From contig JYFJ02001980.1 in assembly GCA_000934665.2 (NCBI GenBank), positions 52,484-72,483 on the forward strand: a DNA stretch of 20,000 nt, written 5' to 3'. Positions 13,401 to 20,000 of the stretch are shown one piece after another. Source of the DNA: Catajapyx aquilonaris. Lineage: Eukaryota. Position 1 is the stretch's first letter. Every line of letters begins with the position of its first letter. The position numbers and the translations under genes were made by a program. A model generated the notes under the pieces. It had not been told where the DNA came from and searched no databases. It worked only from the letters and a program-made list of their open reading frames with translations.

Positions 13401-16400
13401 ACAGAAATTGCATCAAAAAATAGTAGACCAATATGTAATTTTGTTCAAGAGATTGGTTGATCTGGTCTATTGGGCAGCCAAAGCAAATACAGACTATCTG
13501 GCATAGAGGAGGGTGAGAGGGGACTTTTGGAGAATGGGAGGAAACGAAAGAACCGCGAGAAAAACCAGAACAGGGAAAATATTTCCACATGAAAAAGTGG
13601 TATGTCCGATCCGGGGATAGAACTCTACACAACAGAGGTGGATTACTGTGGCGCTAACCACTATATCACCACTTTGCTCAGAAAAACTTTAGAAGCTCAT
13701 TTATATTAATATAGAACTTCTAGAATCTAGAGTTTGCTTGCTGGACGAAAGAGGTGGATGTCTACGTACGTAGAGACGGTAACAATTTCTTATGTGTGCC
13801 ACAATTTTGTGGCTTACGCTTACGCAAGACAATACCCTCACTATAGAATGTTTCCTTTTCTAGGATGAAGATTCCAGCACGGGTGATGTTGCCAGTACAG
13901 AAGAACCAGACACTTCTCATGAAGGTTCCACCGAGGAAGATGTTAAGGACTCCTCTTCTAGACGTAAGTTTTCCAAATTAATATACTGTATTTTCATGTA
14001 GAGGAAGGTGCTAAGAGCTAAGGTAAAAGCGGCATTCATATTAGTTTATCAAGGTTTCATCATGATTATAATTATGTGATAAAGTTGCAGTTATTTTTAT
14101 TAGAGTTACGATAAATTCCATTGGTATGTCCTGTCTTTCACAATTTGCGCGCCCATTCTTGTAGGTGGAAACATCACGTAAGCTGTTATCAGCACTGACA
14201 ACAGCTTACGTGATATTTTCCACCTACAAGAATTGCTTATCCTCCTGAGTGAAAGAGAGGGCACTTGCTAGAGGGAGGGAGAGGGGTGGGGAATGTGCTG
14301 TGTAACATATGTAACTTAATGTAGATCATCAGTCAGATGACAATAGCAATTCGTGGTATGGCAAGTGGTCAGGATCAATATTATTCCCATTTCAGAGTAG
14401 TAAAAACAGAAAAATCGCAAATTTCTTTACATATACTATCCGATTAATTTAGGCCTAATTAGAGTGCACACGAATATCCATTTCAGGCTGAATAAGTCTA
14501 TATAAATGCTACCACGCAGTTATAAGGAAAAAAAGAGAAAATAAGTTATGTGTCGAAAGTCCTTATCATGGCATGGGGTTCTCGGAAGGTTTTTCGGGAG
14601 AAAATGGTTCATTGTCAGCAAAAAAGGTTAAATTAAATACAGCTTGTTGAGGGCTGGTTTTACACCATCAACATAATCAAATAAACGAAGATAACATCTC
14701 TGATTAGGTTTGTAAATGCATACAGACGTAATCAGCACTTTTCTTTAGTGTATTTGATGCAACCGACGATTAAACTATTAAATACATGAATACTGTATAT
14801 TGCAGAGGAAGTTTCATGCCCTGGTGTGTGTGTGGCCACACGCATAGCCAGATTTTGTGAAGAGGTGGTGGATGGTACAGACGATCTGTGTCCAGACAAT
14901 CTTCACTGCTGTGTGTCTAAAGAAGGCGAAGATGGGACAAGTGCAGAAGACGTTAGTTCTCCTACAGCTGTTCACATTCTGACGAGGTCAAACATCAGTG
15001 CAGCAGGTGATCAAGTGCTTGACGGCGATGATGAAGATGGAACAACACAAATTCCTATTTTTATACCAGAAGAACTTCGTTGTCAGGTATGACTAAACGT
15101 AAGCTACTGCAAAGAATACATGATAGAACACAATCGTGTGTTGTACCTTGGCAGGGCACGTGTGTGAGCCCTCTCTTTTCCTTCCTTTGCGACGACGTGG
15201 ATCTGGAAGCGGTGTGTCCTCAACGAGGCCGCTGCTGTATCACCAGACGTGTGTCTACGCCTCCACCTCCACCACCACCATGCCCTGGAGTGTGTGTATC
15301 AGCTCAGCGAGCTGACCTCTGCCCCCAGCCATCTACCATTCTTCGTTACACTAGCAATTGCCTGCAAGGTACCTTGTGCTGTGCAAGTGGCCTGCCTCAT
15401 CGCCTTCCTCCCCCACCTCCACATGGCCACATGCCACATGGACCCAACCAAACCCACGGAGACATATTTATTCCTCCTCCATATCCACACCCGCCCCGAC
15501 CTCTTCCTCATCGACCACCACCTTACTTCCACCGTCCTGGATACTACCCTCCACCTCATTTCCCTCCACATCGTCCTAACCCCAACTTCAAACCTCATCC
15601 CAGTCCCAGTCCAGCCACAACAGAGGCTCCACAGCAAGAAGGGAAGAAGCCACCACTACGACAAGAAGTCGATGATCGTCCTGCTTGTCCTGGATCGTGC
15701 ATTTTCAACTACCTCTCCTTCACATGTTTCCGTATGTGCACAAAATATTATTATTAGGCCTACTTATTCGGGCACTAAATTAATTGTGTCACTGTTGCAG
15801 GCAATGCGGAAATGACAAGCTTATTTAGATGCGGCAAGTCTGGTACGCGATGCTGTGCTCCCAAGTCGGTCATCCGAGACTTGGAGGAACAAAACAATTT
15901 GGCTCGTAATGATTCCAGTTCGCCAACCAATGGTGTTGGTAAGTCCTCCGCAATCTGAATTGAATGCACCTGTCAGAAACAACCATATAGGCCTTGAATT
16001 GTTAAACATAAGGGCAACTGAAAGTACTTACACAGTATCCACTGTTGACCTTGCTGATTTTTTTGGGTACGTTGTTTCTATTTTAATACTAGAAGCAGCA
16101 GAGCCATCAGGTAACTTTAGTGGTGGAAGAGATCCAGAAACCAGCGACAATTCAGCATCTATTGTCACCACTACCACTAGTCCAAGGCCTCAATCCTTCA
16201 ATCGGTACATATGTGGAGTAAAAGGTAATCGTCGAACAGCAAGAGTGGTTGGTGGAGAAGACGCTGAACCAGGAGAATGGTGTTGGCAGGTTGCGTTGAT
16301 CAACTCCCTAAATCAGTACCTGTGTGGAGGAGCCCTAATAGGAACTCAATGGGTCCTCACTGCAGCTCATTGCGTTACAAAGTGGGTTGACCAGTACCCT

Positions 16401-17347
16401 CAGTCATGCAACCTCACTTGCAATAAATTTATTTTGCAGTACTGTGCGGTCAGGCGATGCCATCTATGTTCGAGTCGGAGACCACGACCTTACCAGCAAA
16501 TACGGCAGCCCAGGTGCCCAGACCCTCCGAGTTGCCACTACCTACATTCATCACAACCACAACAGCCAGACACTAGACAACGATATTGCACTACTTAAGC
16601 TACATGGACAAGTCGAACTGAAGGAAGGCGTGTGTTTGGTCTGCCTGCCTGCTAGAGGTGTCAGTCAGGTGGCAGGCAAAAGATGCATTGTCACTGGATA
16701 TGGTTATATGGGTGAAAGTGAGTGTTTGATAAATGCATTTCTTCAAGCAGCTGTATTGGGAATGTGATGTTGTACTCGTTCCAGCAGCAGGCCCCATTCC
16801 GCTACATGTGAGGGAAGCAGAGGTGCCAACAGTGAGCGACTCAGAATGCATTCGTAAGATTAATGCTGTTACAGAGAAGATCTTTATTTTACCAGCCAGC
16901 AGCTTTTGTGCTGGGGGTGAAGAAGGCAATGACGCCTGTCAGGTACGTCGTGAAGTCACCTTTGCGCCACTAAAATCAGCCTATCAACCCTATCCTACGC
17001 TGGCTAGCTTTTGTAGCTCAGTGGCAGAGCACCCACCTGATTTAGGAGGGAGGTCCCAGGTTCGACTCCTGGCAGAAGCTGTCTGAAAATTTCCATATCA
17101 CTTTCCGATCTGTTACTTTGATCGATCTACCGGGGTATGAAAAGTGGCAGTGAACCTGGCTGCCATTATGTCATTTCAGGGTGATGGTGGAGGTCCTTTG
17201 GTGTGCCAAGATGATGGTTACTATGAGCTTACTGGCCTTGTCTCCTGGGGATTTGGATGTGGAAGGGCTGATGTGCCTGGAGTCTATGTAAAGGTGTCAT
17301 CATTTATTGGGTGGATAAACCAAATTATCAGTGTAAACAATCTATAG
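4066..17347 (+). CDS. mas: Masquerade, a clip-domain serine protease homologue; spliced CDS join(4066-4165,10030-10499,13864-13963,14806-15086,15155-15731,15801-15938,16093-16381,16440-16717,16788-16942,17180-17347), 2556 nt, about 851 aa
   Basis: Manual splicing gives one open frame with GT-AG at every junction and matching phases (1,0,1,0,1,1,2,1,0). The C-terminal domain ([43 protein letters not shown]...[10 protein letters not shown]...[13 protein letters not shown]...[11 protein letters not shown]) and the five C-x3-C...CC repeats match insect Masquerade as I recall it; no database search was run. The exact acceptors of exons 7 and 9 are ambiguous by 3-18 nt. Confidence 0.95.
4896..4961. 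repeat. (AAT)22 microsatellite
   Basis: Perfect 66-nt trinucleotide array. Confidence 0.98.
5985..6316 (+). mobile_element. tRNA-derived SINE-like element, possibly ending in an (ATT)n tail
   Basis: B-box-like GGGATCAAATCCC around 6031-6043, followed by a body (CTGACCGTGGTTTTCTGGGGTTTCCC...TAGGCCACAGCCGCTTCCTTCC) resembling common insect SINE cores as I recall them, then (ATT)22. The A box is degenerate and the ends are approximate. Confidence 0.65.
6251..6316. repeat. (ATT)22 microsatellite
   Basis: Perfect 66-nt array. Confidence 0.98.
7409..7480. repeat. (AAT)24 microsatellite
   Basis: Perfect 72-nt array. Confidence 0.98.
7482..7827. mobile_element. MITE with pogo/Tigger-like TIRs, about 345 bp
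   Basis: TAGTCCCCGGTCTACGA (7486-7502) and TCGTAAACCGGGGACTA (7809-7825) are inverted repeats matching at 16 of 17 positions; TA lies close to both ends. The family assignment is inference. Confidence 0.65.
8424..8695. mobile_element. MITE-like element, about 270 bp, with about 26-bp imperfect TIRs
   Basis: ACCCATTAGAGCAAGGGCCGAAGGCC (8424-8449) pairs with GGACTTCGGCCCTTGTTCAGATGGGT (8670-8695); AT-rich non-coding interior. Confidence 0.6.
10030..10499 (+). CDS. mas: mas exon 2: clip-like repeat 1, acidic tract and Thr-rich mucin-like linker
   Basis: Strong polypyrimidine tract and TTGCAG acceptor at 10029; encodes [31 protein letters not shown]; donor GTG|GTGAGT at 10500 in phase 0. Confidence 0.92.
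13500..13672 (-). mobile_element. Degenerate tRNA-derived SINE-like fragment
   Basis: The minus strand reads GGTGATATAGTGGTTAGCGCC (A-box/D-arm-like) then GAGTTCTATCCCCGG (B-box-like) at tRNA-like spacing, followed by a pyrimidine-rich body. Confidence 0.45.
13864..13963 (+). CDS. mas: mas exon 3: acidic Ser/Thr linker, [33 protein letters not shown]
   Basis: Acceptor TTTCCTTTTCTAG and donor GAC|GTAAGT. This 100-nt exon supplies exactly the phase 0 to phase 1 conversion needed between exons 2 and 4. Not in the ORF track. Confidence 0.8.
14155..14233. repeat. 79-nt near-perfect foldback in mas intron 3
   Basis: ATTCTTGTAGGTGGAAACATCACGTAAGCTGTT pairs with AACAGCTTACGTGATATTTTCCACCTACAAGAAT (one indel, one mismatch); an inner TCAG/CTGA pair extends the stem. 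Confidence 0.9.
14806..15086 (+). CDS. mas: mas exon 4: clip-like repeat 2 and first Cys of repeat 3
   Basis: TTGCAG acceptor; encodes [32 protein letters not shown]; donor CAG|GTATGA at 15087. Confidence 0.9.
15155..15731 (+). CDS. mas: mas exon 5: clip-like repeats 3 and 4, Pro/His-rich linker, start of repeat 5
   Basis: Acceptor CTTGGCAG after a 68-nt intron; encodes [12 protein letters not shown]...[16 protein letters not shown]...CC and [15 protein letters not shown]; donor C|GTATGT at 15732. Confidence 0.92.
15801..15938 (+). CDS. mas: mas exon 6: end of clip-like repeat 5, (R)[45 protein letters not shown]
   Basis: TTGCAG acceptor at 15800 after a 69-nt intron; donor TTG|GTAAGT at 15939; completes the six-Cys pattern. 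This frame is not shown in the ORF track. Confidence 0.92.
16093..16381 (+). CDS. mas: mas exon 7: linker, CG motif, RRTAR|VVGG processing site, protease-like domain to TAAHC
   Basis: Acceptor TTTTAATACTAG with tandem alternatives downstream; donor AA|GTGGGT at 16382 in phase 2. Confidence 0.9.
16440..16717 (+). CDS. mas: mas exon 8: protease-like domain containing DIALL
   Basis: TTTTGCAG acceptor after a 58-nt intron; encodes [14 protein letters not shown]...DNDIALLKL...GYGYMGE; donor A|GTGAGT at 16718. Confidence 0.95.
16788..16942 (+). CDS. mas: mas exon 9: [13 protein letters not shown]...[10 protein letters not shown]
   Basis: Triple CAGCAGCAG acceptor, so the start could be 16785, 16788 or 16791; donor CAG|GTACGT at 16943. 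Confidence 0.92.
17007..17080 (+). pseudogene. tRNA-like element (pseudo-tRNA or SINE head) in mas intron 9
   Basis: Acceptor stem GCTTTTG/CAGAAGC, D arm GCTC/GAGC with A box TAGCTCAGTGG, T arm CCAGG/CCTGG with B box GGTTCGACTCC. The anticodon arm is 19 nt rather than 17 and has no canonical loop. Confidence 0.7.
17180..17347 (+). CDS. mas: mas exon 10 (last coding exon): GDGGGP...[11 protein letters not shown]
   Basis: TTTCAG acceptor at 17179; GDGGGP replaces GDSGGP; TAG stop at 17345-17347. Confidence 0.95.
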   Translation, partial: GDGGGPLVCQDDGYYELTGLVSWGFGCGRADVPGVYVKVSSFIGWINQIISVNNL

Positions 17348-18816
17348 TCTATCAAGAAGACCCTTGTTTCTGAGAAGATATGACAACTGTTGAGAGTTAT
17401 CAGTTCTTAGTCAGGTGTTCATGTACGTAAGGAACGTTTAATTTATTCAACAGAAGCTGATTGTTCTGTTTGACACATCGAATTCTGCAACCCTAGTGGA
17501 TATTCAGGAAGAAGTGATACAAAAACAGTTTACAGCAGGGATCATTATGATTACTGACTAAAGAAAGCTTCACTCTATCATTTTCAGAAGTTCAGTACTT
17601 TGCTCCATAATATGCAATTGAATGGTGCATCCCCACAAAATGTCTCCATTTGAAAGCAAGAGAATTCACTGTCCATGAGGTAGGGAGATGTTGTGGTAAT
17701 ATCGGATTTGATGATGAGTAATGGGTATCGTAAGGGGCAATAGTATAAGACAATAAGAGTGACTAAAACGTTACCGGTGCATATAGGGAATGATGTAGAG
17801 ATGGGATTCAAGAGCCATCAAAAGGATACAATATTATATTGTTCTCCTGTCTGCCGAAATAAGTTTTCTGGCTTTTATCCACACTGTGTATAATTGTAAT
17901 TTTTCTCAAAGTGGTACTGATGTACTGTACAAGCTTATCTTATCGCCAGAATTAGCACTTTGAATAATAATGATGATTTGAGCATAAGAATGAGATATTT
18001 TCCCGAGAATTGCCACATCGCCATTTGACACGAGCACGTATGTTTGTCATGGTTTATTTCTTGGACATATTTTTTGCCCTTTAATTTAGGTATCTGTGGT
18101 TTGAGCTGGAATAATACCTTGTTTTTATCATTTATCGAAGTTTATATGTGATTTGTGTGTTGCAGCCTTAAATACTTGCTGGAAACCGTTTTTTCTAGCC
18201 TTTGAGATTGTCCGTTGCTTATATTGTGAAGGACCTCAAGATACTGTACCTGAGGTGGTACTACTGCACATGTGATTTCTGGGTCTCTGTCAACCTTCTG
18301 CACATTTGGGACTTTTGAGGGTGAAGTACAGTAAAAGGGGGGTATGAAGAAAGATATCAGCACAAGATGAAGTGTGAGGCAGCTGAAAGAGGAATGGATG
18401 GGTGATGGGATAATTTTTCGGATCTACAGGACATTTAGCTCAACTTGGGTTTTAGTCTTAATATTAGGGCTTCCAATGAAGGATACATTAGGTCAATATA
18501 TAGTATTTTATATCAGTATGGCCCATGCATTTTGCGCTTTGAAGAGCGCCACGTCCAGTCAGCTTCACCGATTGCACAGTATACTGTATAGATCTAGTAT
18601 TTACCTGTCCCAGCATTCTTCCAAGTCATTCATGACAGACGCTACTCTGACAAATGCACTGTCAAAATATTTTCGGATCTACATAAGGTGAAAGAACCAT
18701 ATAACACCATTCAGAGATGAGTCAAGGCTGTCAAACGTCACTTTGGAAATGAGATGCACCATTTTATCAGGTGAAAACGATCAACTAAGCGAATTAGTTG
18801 TCGTCTCTGATTCACA

Positions 18817-18946
18817 TGCCCGATTCCACTAACCGAAATTATCAATCCGCCGATAGCTGCTAATGGATCGTTAGGAGCCCTTTTAACGTGTGCTAACGAT
18901 CTGTTAGGAGCTATCGAATCGGTAATTTCGTTGGTGCAATCGAGCA
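18817..18946. mobile_element. Degenerate foldback MITE-like element, 130 bp
   Basis: TGCCCGATTCCACTAACCGAAATTATC...GATAGCTGCTAATGGATCGTTAG pairs imperfectly with CTAACGATCTGTTAGGAGCTATC...GGTAATTTCGTTGGTGCAATCGAGCA. Confidence 0.6.
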
Positions 18947-19746
18947 ACAGTGTACAAAAAATACGCACTCTACGTCATATTTCTGATAGTAAAAATGAAT
19001 GAGAAAGACGATGTAGTATACTAGTATGTGAAGATATTTATATTTATTTATTTATTTATTCTATAGAATGTGGCAGGGCATTATCGTAGAGTGAGGTGAG
19101 TCGGGTAAGAGCCGAAATGAGCTTTGCTACGTAGGGCTACTTAGTATTTATTGGGGGTGCTTTCAAAAGCTTCCTTGCGCAAAATCTGCAAAGTTATACT
19201 AATATATTATGCAATTGTGGCTTGGCGCACTTTTCTCTCACCAATACCGAATTAGAGAAAATGTACATAAATGCTTACAATACTATAGTCTATATTGTAA
19301 GCATTCTGGATATAGTAATATTTCCTAAACGAATGGTACCGAAAAGTAACATGCTTTAAGACAAGACAGATGCCGAATCTAATTTAAGATGTTGGTTAAT
19401 TAACATCAGTAATATTTTGACTGTTTCTGGTAATACACTAGTTTCCTTAGAATAATGTTGGGGTGCAGAACATCAGATTTTGTAACTGTGGAATGTGTAA
19501 TTATTTTAAACCTGAAAAAGGATAAAATGTCACCGGAGAAGTCCAGGCTGGTCCAGACTATGGCAATACACAGCATACCTATTGATGTATGTGTAATATT
19601 ACAGTACTTATATGAGAGGAATCCAAATCATCACTTCTTGCTTCCTCGAGAAGAAAAGTAGCTAAGCAGCCTTTCTTGTCATCATACATAGGGCAGTGTT
19701 AGGAAAGATGATTTTAAAGAACGTGAGCTGTAATACATTGCATATA

Positions 19747-20000
19747 CAGGTTGTAAATGAATTCAGGGGACAAACTTGTAGGGGTAATAGAGGGGACCAA
19801 TACAAGTATTTTTGACATATAGGAACCCGTGTCCGGAAACGCCATCTAGAGGGGGTTTATAGGCAAGGAACGGGTGCGCTCAGACGCGTCAGGCGGGCGG
19901 CGTTAGCGAGCGGACCGTGTAGTTGCTACGTAGGTGGCGCGCGGATTGTACACAACTTCGCAATTCGCCATAACTTGGCAACAATAGAGACACCTAGAAA
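19747..20000. mobile_element. Possible left end of a Tc1/mariner-type element running off the window
   Basis: Begins TATA|CAGGTTGT, similar to CAGGGTGT-type TIR starts. The partner TIR is not in the window. Confidence 0.3.

Noticed and set aside
13718..13813. Cluster of short palindromes (TCTACGTACGTAGA, GCCACAATTTTGTGGC) upstream of exon 3
   Set aside because: They are short and mutually unrelated, so chance cannot be excluded.
15249..15815. Alternative-frame and antisense ORFs over exon 5
   Set aside because: The C-rich Pro/His codons lack stops in other frames; there is no independent homology signal.
17584..18691. Faint resemblance to LINE RNase H / reverse-transcriptase C-terminal fragments
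   Set aside because: The similarity is limited to a few residues and broken by stops; it cannot be supported without a profile search.
1..20000. CRISPR arrays, operons, prokaryotic defence systems, rRNA
   Set aside because: The sequence is clearly eukaryotic (spliceosomal introns, SINEs); no repeat-spacer arrays or rRNA-like segments were seen.

Overview
Eukaryotic (insect-like) genomic DNA. The window holds one complete plus-strand, 10-exon gene (CDS 4066-17347, about 851 aa by my reconstruction) encoding Masquerade, a secreted, catalytically dead serine-protease homologue. The protein has a signal peptide, five Cys-rich clip-like repeats separated by acidic, Thr-rich and Pro/His-rich linkers, and a trypsin-fold domain with His and Asp retained but Ser replaced by Gly (GDGGGP). 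All nine introns are GT-AG and phase-consistent. The rest is intronic or intergenic and contains non-autonomous repeats (a TA-flanked Tc1/mariner-type element, several MITE-like foldbacks, tRNA-derived SINE-like elements) and three (AAT/ATT)22-24 microsatellites. I see no convincing new biological system. The best leads are a cloverleaf-preserving tRNA-like element in the last intron, a near-perfect 79-nt intronic hairpin, and stacked in-frame tandem splice acceptors at two exons. Most ORFs in the supplied track are spurious.
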